NCBI GenBank assembly: GCA_001784435.1
Contig: MFQZ01000002.1
Coordinates: forward strand, 12,502-76,501
Length of the DNA: 64,000 nucleotides
Direction: 5' to 3'
DNA from: Candidatus Magasanikbacteria bacterium RIFOXYC2_FULL_42_28
GTDB lineage: Bacteria > Patescibacteriota > Patescibacteriia > Magasanikbacterales > GWA2-37-8
This document shows positions 19,244 to 29,385 of the stretch, in pieces. The translations under genes were made by a program, and so were the position numbers. Under the pieces are notes generated by a model, which ran no database searches, was not told the DNA's origin, and worked only from the letters and a program-made list of their open reading frames with translations. Within the stretch, counting starts at the first letter, position 1; every line of letters begins with the position of its first letter.

Positions 19244-19860
19244 ACTTTTTCGATTTTTAAAATATACATTAACCCGCCGATTTCGCAATACCAATCTTTC
19301 GGCCGTGCCCCTCCCTCGTCATTTAAAATATGATAAAACCGATAACTAAAATCAGGATTTTTTGCTTTCACGGTTTCGGCCGCGTTTTTGAAAAATACCC
19401 CATCAGCGAATTTGTCATCAGTATACACAACTGTATCATAACCCTCTAATACTTTTTTAGAAAGATAATCAACTAACATTGCTTCAGTTTTAACATTAGT
19501 CTCGCCATAATCAAAAGTGGAGTTAATTTTTTGAAAAAAAGAACGAATGTTAAAACCGACTTTCGGATTCAAATACTCCGCGCGCCAATCCATGCACTCC
19601 GCCAAACCCGTGCTGAAAGCTTCGTTATTTTTAGTCAAACTTAAAACTTCCTTAAAACCTTTGGCAGTTTGTAAGTTAAAATAATTTCCTAACTTGTAAA
19701 CTTCTTCATAGCCTTCTTCAAATTTTCTGGGCTCTGTCGCGTTATCAACTCCTTTTAATTTAATATATTCCTCGTAACTATCAAAATGAGTTAATTCTTT
19801 ATTCCACTTTTCAGGAAAAAGGGTGCCTGCCAAATCCCAAAGGTACAAAATTTTATTCAT
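19240..19860 (-). CDS. hypothetical protein, possibly a degenerate HAD-like fold
   Basis: The N-terminal LYLWDLAGTLF resembles the DxxGTL haloacid-dehalogenase motif I. The match is weak. Confidence 0.3.
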   Translation of the reverse strand: MNKILYLWDLAGTLFPEKWNKELTHFDSYEEYIKLKGVDNATEPRKFEEGYEEVYKLGNYFNLQTAKGFKEVLSLTKNNEAFSTGLAECMDWRAEYLNPKVGFNIRSFFQKINSTFDYGETNVKTEAMLVDYLSKKVLEGYDTVVYTDDKFADGVFFKNAAETVKAKNPDFSYRFYHILNDEGGARPKDWYCEIGGLMYILKIEKV

Positions 19861-21364
19861 ATCGTTTAATTATTTTTACTAAACCAATATTGGCGTTAAC
19901 TTCTACCAAATCGCCGTCTTTTAAAACATCCGTCGCAATAATTGTACCAATAATACAAGGGACACCAAGCTCGCGCGCGATAATAGCGGCGTGACAAGTA
20001 ATTCCGCCATCATCAGTAATAATAGCTTTGGCTTTTTTCATGGCCGGTAAATGTTCTGGTCTAGTCATAGAAGTCACCATAACATCACCTGAATTTATTT
20101 TATGATTATCACTACTGCTTAAAACTAATTTAACTCGACCGCGCGCGAACCCCAAAGAAGCAGGCATCCCTTTAAATTCAGAAATTTTAGATTCAGATTT
20201 TTTATATATTTTATCTAAAATTTTTCTAACCTCTTTTTTGGCGGTAATCACTCTTAAAATTTTTCCCCGACTAACCAAATACAGGCATCCGTTTTGGCGG
20301 ATTTTTAATTGTCTAATTATGTTATGATTGGATTTATGTGATAACAAACTCACAACATCTTTCGACGTACTATTAATTAATAAATTAAAATCCACACCAG
20401 CTCGCTTGGCCACTTCCCGCAAAAACCGATCATACAAAGTAGCAAAAGTAAGAGTAAATTCTTTGCGCTCATCTTGCCATTTAACAAAAATTTCGGTCAA
20501 ACGCGCAATGGCAATTATCTCCGGAGTAAACTTGTATCTTTTGAATAATGCCAATTTTCGTTTTTTTATTGCCACAATACTTTCGGGCGCTTTGATGTCC
20601 ACTAAAATGTGTTTAATTGATTCCTCTAAATTTTCTAACGTATATTCCTTCCAACCACGATAACTGCTTTTTATCCAAGAATACTTTTTTAGGTGTTTAT
20701 TTATCAATTCATTAAACTTTTTATTTTCACTTTTTTTAAGCCAATCTGCCAATTTATCATCAGTATTAAATCCAACCCGTCGCAATTTTATTACTATCTT
20801 TTTTAATTCGCTTTCCTCTCTGTTAATAAATGAAAAATCAGCGGAGGCAGTTAAGGGAGAAAAAATGCCGGCAAAATCCGAAATTCTATTTTTTTTACAA
20901 AAATCTTGTAGTAATCCCGACAAGCGTCTTTCCGCATAGAACACATACCCGTCAATAAATCCAGGCATAGAAACCTTGAACTCATAAAAATTTATAAACT
21001 TTTTTTGCCAAATGATCAATTGTTTCTCGCTTAATTTAGATAAATCATAATCATAATAAAAAGAATACCTTTTCATCATCAATTGATAATTTTTCTCCCA
21101 ACGCGCGCGCAAATTGATAATTGTCGCTGGATTACGCAAAAACTCTTTTATTACAAAAGAGCCGATGCGATTTTGGTCTTCCACCAAAGTTATCCAGTCA
21201 CCTTTTCCATCTCGGTAATTACACATGCAGAAACGAAAAGGTGGAATTTTTGTATTATAAAGCCGGCTGGTAAATCCGGTTCTGGTCATTGACAAAAACG
21301 CCAGATAGACATCAATATTTTTTTCAATATTTAACGGTTGTTTTACAAAACTATCTAAATTCAT
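19853..21364 (-). CDS. swivel-domain paralog 5
   Basis: C-terminus DDGGITCHAAIIARELGVPCIIGT...GDLVEVNA. The N-domain carries the KKYSWIKSSY motif. Confidence 0.7.
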   Translation of the reverse strand: MNLDSFVKQPLNIEKNIDVYLAFLSMTRTGFTSRLYNTKIPPFRFCMCNYRDGKGDWITLVEDQNRIGSFVIKEFLRNPATIINLRARWEKNYQLMMKRYSFYYDYDLSKLSEKQLIIWQKKFINFYEFKVSMPGFIDGYVFYAERRLSGLLQDFCKKNRISDFAGIFSPLTASADFSFINREESELKKIVIKLRRVGFNTDDKLADWLKKSENKKFNELINKHLKKYSWIKSSYRGWKEYTLENLEESIKHILVDIKAPESIVAIKKRKLALFKRYKFTPEIIAIARLTEIFVKWQDERKEFTLTFATLYDRFLREVAKRAGVDFNLLINSTSKDVVSLLSHKSNHNIIRQLKIRQNGCLYLVSRGKILRVITAKKEVRKILDKIYKKSESKISEFKGMPASLGFARGRVKLVLSSSDNHKINSGDVMVTSMTRPEHLPAMKKAKAIITDDGGITCHAAIIARELGVPCIIGTIIATDVLKDGDLVEVNANIGLVKIIKRYE

Positions 21365-21365
21365 A

Positions 21366-22853
21366 TTATTTTTGTATAATTTTCACGACTCCACGGTCGG
21401 CATCGACTTCCACCAAATCACCATCTTTTAAAACTTTGGTCGCGACTTTAGTGCCAATAATACAAGGAATGCCTAGCTCACGCGCTATAATAGCGGCATG
21501 ACACGTAAGACCGCCCTCATCAGTAATTATCGCTTTTGCTTTTTTCATCGCCGGTAAAAATTCCGGCTGGGTCATGCAGGCAACTAGGATATCACCTTGA
21601 CGCATTTTAGAGATTTCTTTTTCTCCTCGGCATACCTTGGCTATGCCAATCACCTTTCCCGAAGACGCACAGGCGCCTTTCAGTTCGGTTATTATACCAC
21701 CGTCTTGTTGCTGATTCATTTCTAAAATTTTGAAATACTTTTTCGCTTGCGCGCCAGAAAATACCAATCCTTTGAGGCCAGGCAAAAGAACAAATAAGCT
21801 TGTCTTTCGGCGTTTTTTTAATTCCGGCATAATACCCGGCAACTTCTCCAATTCTAACGCACGAATATAGCGCAGATCGTTCATAGAGACATTAAATCTA
21901 CGACTAATCTCTAACAACAAAGAATCAAGGTAGTGAATTGTTCGTGTCAGACATTCTTTACGCCGATCGTGAATTTGAAAAATTTTGTCACCGATGGTTA
22001 ATAAATTTTTTAATTCCTTATTTTTTATTTTTTTTCGTAGGGCATCACGCTTCTTAACACGAATAGATAACGATTGATAATCAAAGATAATTTTATCCAA
22101 ATCAACTTTCTTGGATAATAACTCCCTGATTTCATCTACAAAATCTTCCGGTAATAATTTTTTGGCCGAAGTATATCCATTTAATTTCCAAAAATATTTT
22201 TGCTGATGTTTTATTAATTTTTTCAGTATGTCGGGATATTTTTTTAAATCTGTGACTGATGAAAGAGTAATTTTTTTATTCTTAATTAAACGAGCCAGCA
22301 AACACAATTCATAATGCTCGATTATCATAAACGAATGGAGACGCGGGGTCGTTAAGAGTATTGTTTTATCTAAAATATCATCTTTAAATTCTTCTGCGAT
22401 TAATTTTCTGATTTTATCTTCAGTAGTCAAACTAAACCCTTCAACGATGTGTGACACACTGCACAAATAAGCAGACAAATCATTAATTTGCCGCCAAAAA
22501 GAAAAAAGCTGTTTGACACTTGCTGTTTGCCAGTTTTTTCGTTCAATTCTATCGTAAGCAGACAAAACTTCGTGGCAAATTTTTTCATTTTCACGAACCA
22601 AATAACCTGGATAATTTTTGTTACCTGCGCATTTTTTCAACAATATCTCTAAAATAGCGCAAAGATCATCCCAAGCATAAGCATAGTAACAGACATCATC
22701 TTTAAAATATTCAATACAGGCGCAATAACCAAATCCCAAAGCTTTTGGCATATCGCGCACCATGGAAAACGCCGGACCATAAAGCATCGCTGGAGTAGCG
22801 TTAAACCCTTGCAAATACCAATTCTTTTTCAATAAATTATCTACATTTATCAT
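21366..22853 (-). CDS. swivel-domain paralog 6
   Basis: C-terminus DEGGLTCHAAIIARELGIPCIIGT...GDLVEVDA. The N-domain carries QQKYFWKLNGY. Confidence 0.7.
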   Translation of the reverse strand: MINVDNLLKKNWYLQGFNATPAMLYGPAFSMVRDMPKALGFGYCACIEYFKDDVCYYAYAWDDLCAILEILLKKCAGNKNYPGYLVRENEKICHEVLSAYDRIERKNWQTASVKQLFSFWRQINDLSAYLCSVSHIVEGFSLTTEDKIRKLIAEEFKDDILDKTILLTTPRLHSFMIIEHYELCLLARLIKNKKITLSSVTDLKKYPDILKKLIKHQQKYFWKLNGYTSAKKLLPEDFVDEIRELLSKKVDLDKIIFDYQSLSIRVKKRDALRKKIKNKELKNLLTIGDKIFQIHDRRKECLTRTIHYLDSLLLEISRRFNVSMNDLRYIRALELEKLPGIMPELKKRRKTSLFVLLPGLKGLVFSGAQAKKYFKILEMNQQQDGGIITELKGACASSGKVIGIAKVCRGEKEISKMRQGDILVACMTQPEFLPAMKKAKAIITDEGGLTCHAAIIARELGIPCIIGTKVATKVLKDGDLVEVDADRGVVKIIQK

Positions 22854-22855
22854 AA

Positions 22856-24388
22856 CTATTTCAAAATTTTCATTACCCCCCTATCAGCATCAACTTCAAT
22901 TCTATCGCCTGTTTTTAAAACTCTAGTAGCATCTCTCACTCCTATTATACAGGGCATGCCAAGCTCGCGCGATAGCACCGCTGCGTGCGAAGTAATGCCA
23001 CCTTGTTCTGTCACAATCGCCGCCGCTTTTCTCATTATGGGCACAAATTCAGGCGTAGTGTTATTGGTGACTAAAATTTCTCCGGTTTTAAACTTAACCA
23101 TTTCTTTGGTTTTTTTAATTACCCGCACAATTCCCGCAACTTTTCCTTTACAAGCGGCGACACCATATAAATATCCCGCCTCGGCAATAGTTGTTGCCGG
23201 AAAAAATTTAAAAAACTTATCGGCATCCGCACCAGATGATAAAACATATTCACCTTTATGAGTGACAGCCCAAAACACTTTTTGTTTGCGCTTGGAAATT
23301 TCATCTTTATAATCTATTTTTCGCAGCAATATTCCGGCTATTTCTGGTAAAATCACAAATGACAAATCACGTTTAGAATAATTCGCGCGCCGCCCAACTT
23401 CTCCTAAAAATTTATCAAAACCAGCCATACCCATACATACCCCACTTTTACGAATATCCTTCCATTTGCTAAATAGATTTGCTGTCTTAATGATATTTTT
23501 ATATTTTGAAGGAAGTTCAATTTCTTTTTCCGCTTGCTGTCGAGCTTTTTTTGCTTTTAATAAATACGCTTGCTTAACACGCCAATCATTGAACGCCCAC
23601 GAACCACTTCGATTATTATTTAATAATTTTAATATTTTTTCATAAATTTCTAACGCGCCATATCGTTCGACATGAAAATAATTATTCCGCATCCAGTGAT
23701 AGTTTTGTTCGTGGCGATTGATTAACTTTTGAAAAGCGATTGATAATTTATTAAACTCTGGTAATTTATCACCATACGCTTTATAAAATTTGGCTGTCAA
23801 AGCCAACAAATCATGTTCTTCTTGCAAAGTAAAAGATAGATGAATAGGCGCGACTAATTCAGCAATTATTTTTTCAAAACTATCGGAATGGGTCTTTTTT
23901 AATTCTTTGCCTAATAATTCTTGTAACCAATCACTCTTGCCGGTGGACATAAACGAATCGCAAATATAGGCAACACCCCCGGCTTTTACGTACAACTCAT
24001 AATAATTTTTAAACAAATTGTATAATTGCTTATCGGATAATTTTTGTAAATCTAATTCATCAGCTTTTTTATCTAAAATCAAAAACTTATGCCAATCCTT
24101 TAGCCATTTATTATAATAACGCAAAATCCAGTCATACTTTTTTGAAACATTTTTTATAATAAATTGGCGAACTGCCAACGAACTATTCGAATCGGCAAAC
24201 CAACGCGCATGATCTTCGCGCAAAAAACAAAAGCAGTGTTTGTAGTGCCGAGGAAAATCCTTGGCTTTTTGAAACACATCACTTTCAGAAGAAGCAAACA
24301 AAGTAAAAACTTTGGAATGAAAATCTTTACTAAACTGTCCGGTTTCTCGTTTTAATATTTGTACGGAAAATTTTTTTATTTCTTTCAT
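22856..24388 (-). CDS. swivel-domain paralog 7
   Basis: C-terminus EQGGITSHAAVLSRELGMPCIIGV...GDRIEVDA. The N-domain carries EQNYHWMRNNY. Confidence 0.7.
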   Translation of the reverse strand: MKEIKKFSVQILKRETGQFSKDFHSKVFTLFASSESDVFQKAKDFPRHYKHCFCFLREDHARWFADSNSSLAVRQFIIKNVSKKYDWILRYYNKWLKDWHKFLILDKKADELDLQKLSDKQLYNLFKNYYELYVKAGGVAYICDSFMSTGKSDWLQELLGKELKKTHSDSFEKIIAELVAPIHLSFTLQEEHDLLALTAKFYKAYGDKLPEFNKLSIAFQKLINRHEQNYHWMRNNYFHVERYGALEIYEKILKLLNNNRSGSWAFNDWRVKQAYLLKAKKARQQAEKEIELPSKYKNIIKTANLFSKWKDIRKSGVCMGMAGFDKFLGEVGRRANYSKRDLSFVILPEIAGILLRKIDYKDEISKRKQKVFWAVTHKGEYVLSSGADADKFFKFFPATTIAEAGYLYGVAACKGKVAGIVRVIKKTKEMVKFKTGEILVTNNTTPEFVPIMRKAAAIVTEQGGITSHAAVLSRELGMPCIIGVRDATRVLKTGDRIEVDADRGVMKILK

Positions 24389-24418
24389 ACCGCCATGAAT
24401 TCTTAGTCGGCGATTTAA

Positions 24419-25459
24419 TTAAAAATAGTTTTTAACCGCAAATTCAAATTGTTGAATAAATAATTCTTTTAAATATGCCAAACTATTTTGCTCATAAAAT
24501 AATAACATGGCTTTTTTGTATTCAGTTTCATCTAAACTGCGCAGAGACATCGGACACCAATCATTGGCCAACAGCAAAGCATTCGCGACAATACGACTTG
24601 TGCGTTTATTGCCATCAACAAACGGCTGGGTGTAGGCAATGAGAGCCAGAGCAAACAGCGCTTTTTCTGGCGGACTTTTAGTTTTATTTATTACTTCAAC
24701 TATTTTTGCTACCGCGTCTTCGATTTGGAAGCGATTATCAATCGGCTGATAGTTGGTACCAATAATCCGCACTAAAATACTGCGCCAGTTATCAGGCACG
24801 TCCAAATCTTTTATAAGCAACGAATGAACGTCGCGTATTTTGATTGGCTTTAATAATTTAAATTTGGTCGGATCGGACAAAATATAATCAAAAGCGACTT
24901 TGTGATTTAAAATCATTATCGCTTCTTTTTTATTATGCCCACTCGCTTCACGTGCTTCTTTAATTAAAGTTTCCGTTTCAAAAAGCGAATAGGTATTACC
25001 TTCCAAACGCGATGATTTCCAGCTAATTTCAATTGTCAGCCGTTCTAATTCTTTTTTTAAGGCGATTGGACTTAAGCGCGTGCGTTTAGTTTGATATTCA
25101 TTGTTTATCTTTTCCAAACGCGTCAATTCCGATGAGGTAAATACATTTTCAAACCAATTAAAAATTTCCCAATTAAATTTTTCTTTAATATCGCGTTGAT
25201 CTTGTGATTTTTTAAAATACACATCTGGAGAATAATAATATAACAATGGATTACTAATTTTGGGCAAATAGACCACTGCTCTCGCCTTCCCCTTTTTAAT
25301 AATCAAATTAGCGATTAACAACGCTTCCAAATCACGTAAAATCGTTGGTTTGGAAATTGCATCAAATTTAGTGGCGATTTCAGCTAAAATTGAACTTTGG
25401 GGCGCCTCGCCATTTTTTTGAAGATACTCTAAAATAGCGTTTTGTCGCTGTGTTAACAT
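24419..25459 (-). CDS. Fic/Doc family protein with N-terminal wHTH. The motif is Doc-type (NKR) with His replaced by Gln
   Basis: The Fido motif reads QPFVDGNKRTSR where the canonical form is HPFx(D/E)GN(G/K)R. An HTH-like N-terminus is present. Confidence 0.55.
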   Translation of the reverse strand: MLTQRQNAILEYLQKNGEAPQSSILAEIATKFDAISKPTILRDLEALLIANLIIKKGKARAVVYLPKISNPLLYYYSPDVYFKKSQDQRDIKEKFNWEIFNWFENVFTSSELTRLEKINNEYQTKRTRLSPIALKKELERLTIEISWKSSRLEGNTYSLFETETLIKEAREASGHNKKEAIMILNHKVAFDYILSDPTKFKLLKPIKIRDVHSLLIKDLDVPDNWRSILVRIIGTNYQPIDNRFQIEDAVAKIVEVINKTKSPPEKALFALALIAYTQPFVDGNKRTSRIVANALLLANDWCPMSLRSLDETEYKKAMLLFYEQNSLAYLKELFIQQFEFAVKNYF

Positions 25460-25508
25460 AAAAAATTAAGGTTAAATATAATCGTCTCATTTTTATGTCT
25501 TAATTGTA

Positions 25509-26927
25509 TCATTTTGATACGATTTTTACAATCCCTTTTAAAGCATCAACTTCCACTTTATCCCCATCCTTGAAAATTTTTGTAGCAGTTTTAGTATTAA
25601 CAATACACGGAATACCAAGTTCACGCGAAACAATCGCGGCGTGACATGTAAGCCCGCCAAAATCAGTCACAATCGCCAACGCCTTTTTCATTGCAAAAAT
25701 ATATTCTGGACTGGTCATTGGTGCTAACAGAATTTCGCCAACTTTAAATTCACCTACTTGATTTGGGTCAAGTAATATTCGGGCGTGACCAATAACTTTT
25801 CCACCTTTTCCTTTACTCACAACTAACCCCTTTACTTCTGTCTGGCTAACAATTTTTTCTTCACCATATAATTGCCAAAATGATTTTGTTTCATTTTCGT
25901 CTAAAATCTTACAATTTTTATAAAAATTTACCCCAAAACCACTGCGACGATTATCCAATATGTTGTGCAAATCTTTCCCATCGATAATCTCTCCTATCTC
26001 CCAATACCAAGTGTTTAACAAATCATCAACTGGATAGTCAAACCGGCGCGCTACCTCAACAAGAAGCCGATCTTGGTAGTGCAAAGCCATAAATATATAC
26101 TTTTTACGCTCATCTTGCACAGTAATCCCCTCGCTAATTGCCTGCCCAATATTAATAATTGATTTTGATAAATTATACTGTTTTATTACCGCAACTTTAT
26201 TTCTTCTTGTTTCCGCCAATCTCTGACGCGTCTCTAACTTAATATTAGATGTGATCTCTTTTTTGCGTTCAACAAAAAAACTCAACGGTAACACTTGTGT
26301 TCCAGCATAACTATTTTTTAACCAATAAAATTTTTGTTGATGCTTTTTTAAATTTTCACTCGTCGCTAGAGCCATTTCTTCTTCTTGATAAAACGATGGT
26401 TTTTCCGGTGTTGTTAATATTTGAACAACTTGTTTTAAGTTCGTCTTATCCTTAATATATTTAGACAACTCCTTTTCTATATATTTATCCGCGCCATAAT
26501 TTGCCAATTCCGGCACTGTCCCGTAAATCCAAAAATTAATATAATCATGACTATAATCCGCCCAAAACTGATTAAATTGCTTATCGGTCAATTTTGCCAA
26601 ATCAATATTATCCAAATAGCGATGCCAACGCTCTAACTTAACAACCTCTTCTTTCCAGCGTTTATAAATATTATTTCGCGATTTTGGTGGCAACCAATAC
26701 TTTACAAATACTTTTTGCCCAGCACTGCGCAGAGTGGCGTATTCATTCAACCACAACATCTGACGATTGCGGAACAAGAATAAACTTCGCGACCAATTCA
26801 GCCCCAAAAACTTTTGACAAAAATACTTATAATTTACCTCGGTAAAAAATGAAGTATAAAAAAATCTGCCCGGAATCGGCCCCCAGCGAAAAATTTCTTT
26901 TTTAGGATTAAGTGGTAATTTGTTCAT
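25509..26927 (-). CDS. swivel-domain paralog 8
   Basis: C-terminus DFGGLTCHAAIVSRELGIPCIVNT...GDKVEVDA. The N-domain carries QQKFYWLKNSY. Confidence 0.7.
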   Translation of the reverse strand: MNKLPLNPKKEIFRWGPIPGRFFYTSFFTEVNYKYFCQKFLGLNWSRSLFLFRNRQMLWLNEYATLRSAGQKVFVKYWLPPKSRNNIYKRWKEEVVKLERWHRYLDNIDLAKLTDKQFNQFWADYSHDYINFWIYGTVPELANYGADKYIEKELSKYIKDKTNLKQVVQILTTPEKPSFYQEEEMALATSENLKKHQQKFYWLKNSYAGTQVLPLSFFVERKKEITSNIKLETRQRLAETRRNKVAVIKQYNLSKSIINIGQAISEGITVQDERKKYIFMALHYQDRLLVEVARRFDYPVDDLLNTWYWEIGEIIDGKDLHNILDNRRSGFGVNFYKNCKILDENETKSFWQLYGEEKIVSQTEVKGLVVSKGKGGKVIGHARILLDPNQVGEFKVGEILLAPMTSPEYIFAMKKALAIVTDFGGLTCHAAIVSRELGIPCIVNTKTATKIFKDGDKVEVDALKGIVKIVSK

Positions 26928-26932
26928 AATTG

Positions 26933-28432
26933 TTATTTTACTATCACTACGCCGTGATCAGCGTTGACTAACACCCAATCACCGTCTTTTAATTTCTTGG
27001 TTGCTGCTTGGGTGCCGATAATACAAGGAATTTTTAATTCTCGGCTGACTACGGCCGCGTGCGAGGTGATTCCGCCCTCGTCCGTCACTATGGCCACGGC
27101 GTTTTTCATAAGAGGTACAAATTCCGGGCGAGTGCTAACAGTCACCAGCACATCGCCTTGCGACATTTTTGAAAATTCACTCATTTTATTAATTACCACC
27201 ACTCTTCCCTCCGCTTTACCAGTACAAGCAATCACACCTCTAATTTCCGTGACAGCTGAATCAATTGACTTTTCAATAATTTTTTCAAGTTTGCTACTAA
27301 GTGCTGGATTAAGGTGATACTCGCTTTTACCGTTCCAAGCCAACATGTAACTCTTCTTAAACAAGGTCTCATATTTTTTGGTGAGCGACCGCTTAACCGG
27401 CAAACTCTTAATAGCCAGCGGATCGCATTTCTTAATATCTTCCCAATTCAAATTACTCCGACGCGCCATTTCTGTGCCCACGAGCTCTAAATAATGATTT
27501 AAGCGTTGCACTTGCACCTTGCGCTCATCGCGCCAAAAAGAAATTACTCCGAAAAAATGAAACATTTGCTTGCCCCATTTGGAAAGATGGTAATACTTGA
27601 AAATTTTAGTTTTTTTATCTTTAATCTCTTTGCTAAAATTTACTAGCATGTCTAATTCTTTGTGAGTATCTCTCGGACCAGATAAAATTTGTTTGATATT
27701 TTCTACTATTTCAAATGCGGTTAACACCTGTGTATGCCCCCAACTGTTGTAAATCCAAAAATAAGATGATTGATAATTCTCAATAGCTTTTTCTATTTCT
27801 GGGTACAATTTTAAACGATGTAAATTTTGCGGTGATGAAATATACAAAAAAGTGTTAAGTGCGCCGGGAGTTTTTTTGATATCTTCGACAATTTTTAACA
27901 AATCACGCTCACTACGCTGGTGACTGATTAATTTTTCTTGCGACATCAAATCCGCTATCTCGGCGTCTTCTAAAACTACATTCTCTTCAATTAATTCCTT
28001 CTTTACCAATCCTTCCGCGTCTAAATCATAAATATCAATATAAAATAAATTCCACATGAAAAAATTTGCCGAAGCCAATCGGTGATTAATTCGTAAGAGC
28101 GCTGAGTCACTAAATTTTTTAACTCCACTTTTATTTATCTCTTCAAAAATCTTTTCGCTTGCGACCCGTACTTTCTGGTACCAATCGTTGTAAAGATTAT
28201 CAATAAAACCAAAGTCTTCACGCTCTTTAAGTAAATATTTTTCCGCCAATTGTCGCATTAAGTCTTTACTAAAATAAGCCTTGGCTAAATCATTACGACA
28301 TAACCAAAAAATATTACTATCTTGATCGTGAAACCAATACAAACAACCACAACAAGGCCGATAAATAAAATAAGGCGCACTCTCGGTTTCCTGACGATAC
28401 CAGTCAGTGGTTCTAATTTTATCTAAATCCAT
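26933..28432 (-). CDS. swivel-domain paralog 9
   Basis: C-terminus DEGGITSHAAVVSRELKIPCIIGT...GDWVLVNA. The N-domain carries QSSYFWIYNSW. Confidence 0.7.
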   Translation of the reverse strand: MDLDKIRTTDWYRQETESAPYFIYRPCCGCLYWFHDQDSNIFWLCRNDLAKAYFSKDLMRQLAEKYLLKEREDFGFIDNLYNDWYQKVRVASEKIFEEINKSGVKKFSDSALLRINHRLASANFFMWNLFYIDIYDLDAEGLVKKELIEENVVLEDAEIADLMSQEKLISHQRSERDLLKIVEDIKKTPGALNTFLYISSPQNLHRLKLYPEIEKAIENYQSSYFWIYNSWGHTQVLTAFEIVENIKQILSGPRDTHKELDMLVNFSKEIKDKKTKIFKYYHLSKWGKQMFHFFGVISFWRDERKVQVQRLNHYLELVGTEMARRSNLNWEDIKKCDPLAIKSLPVKRSLTKKYETLFKKSYMLAWNGKSEYHLNPALSSKLEKIIEKSIDSAVTEIRGVIACTGKAEGRVVVINKMSEFSKMSQGDVLVTVSTRPEFVPLMKNAVAIVTDEGGITSHAAVVSRELKIPCIIGTQAATKKLKDGDWVLVNADHGVVIVK

Positions 28433-28437
28433 ATGGT

Positions 28438-29367
28438 CTATTTGTCACTCGTCTGAAATTTCTTATTAAACTCATCGCGGTCGGCCACTAATTCCTCTAA
28501 AACTACTTTAGGGGCGACCAGATCTATATCCTCATCACCCAGCTTAACTTTAATGTGAATTTCTTGTTGCGCAGGACCTGTGTTCTCAATCTCTACCCGA
28601 AAACCTTGCAATTCTTTAAACATCGGCCCAATTTTTGCCATCACTTCATTACGCCGATCCACCCCTTGTAATTTTTCAACCAACCTCAGAAGAAATGATT
28701 CATTTATAGTTGCGTGCGTTCCCAAATATCTTTCCATTTGGCTTTTTAATGGCTCATATTTTTCAGGCTTACGACCGACTAAGCGATTAAAATTTCCACC
28801 CATCTCTACATAGCGCAAAATTAAATCAGCAACATTACCAGCCACTCGGGTAATACTGGTCATTTGGGGATCGTTATCGGCTATCGCCACCTGATCACTA
28901 TTCTCCACCATAAATTTAGTTACCCAACCCTCGGCATAGGCCTTATCTAATAAACCACCCTTATCAGTGAAAAAATCCAATCGTGAATCAGGAATAATTT
29001 TTTTGCCATATTTAAGCTGTTTGGCAATTTCCGCTTCAATTTCTTCCATACTCATTCCCGTGGTATCGGGCTGGCCGGAAAGCATTACGTGCGTAGCCGA
29101 CTCCTGCGCCCGTTTACGCGGACTGGCAACGACCGCGGAAACTTCTAATTGTGGGGCAAGTCCCAGCCCTTTTTCTCTAGCGGCTGTTCTGGCAGACGGA
29201 ATTAAACGAACATCTTCGTCTGTCTGTCCGTCTGCGGTTTTTTCCTTTTTACCATGACGCATAAATTCCAACACGATTCTGGAGCGCGTTTTGCCCTCAA
29301 ACTCACTAATGCCACCATTCTTTCTCTCTGAACCAGGCATCTCAAAAGGATTCCTTGAGCTACACAT
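28438..29367 (-). CDS. histidine phosphatase superfamily (PGAM-like) protein, paralog B
   Basis: FMRHG...LIPSARTAAREKGLGL. Same length (309 aa) as paralog A, with a shared C-terminal region. Confidence 0.5.
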   Translation of the reverse strand: MCSSRNPFEMPGSERKNGGISEFEGKTRSRIVLEFMRHGKKEKTADGQTDEDVRLIPSARTAAREKGLGLAPQLEVSAVVASPRKRAQESATHVMLSGQPDTTGMSMEEIEAEIAKQLKYGKKIIPDSRLDFFTDKGGLLDKAYAEGWVTKFMVENSDQVAIADNDPQMTSITRVAGNVADLILRYVEMGGNFNRLVGRKPEKYEPLKSQMERYLGTHATINESFLLRLVEKLQGVDRRNEVMAKIGPMFKELQGFRVEIENTGPAQQEIHIKVKLGDEDIDLVAPKVVLEELVADRDEFNKKFQTSDK

Positions 29368-29385
29368 ATATTTTATGGTTAAAAA

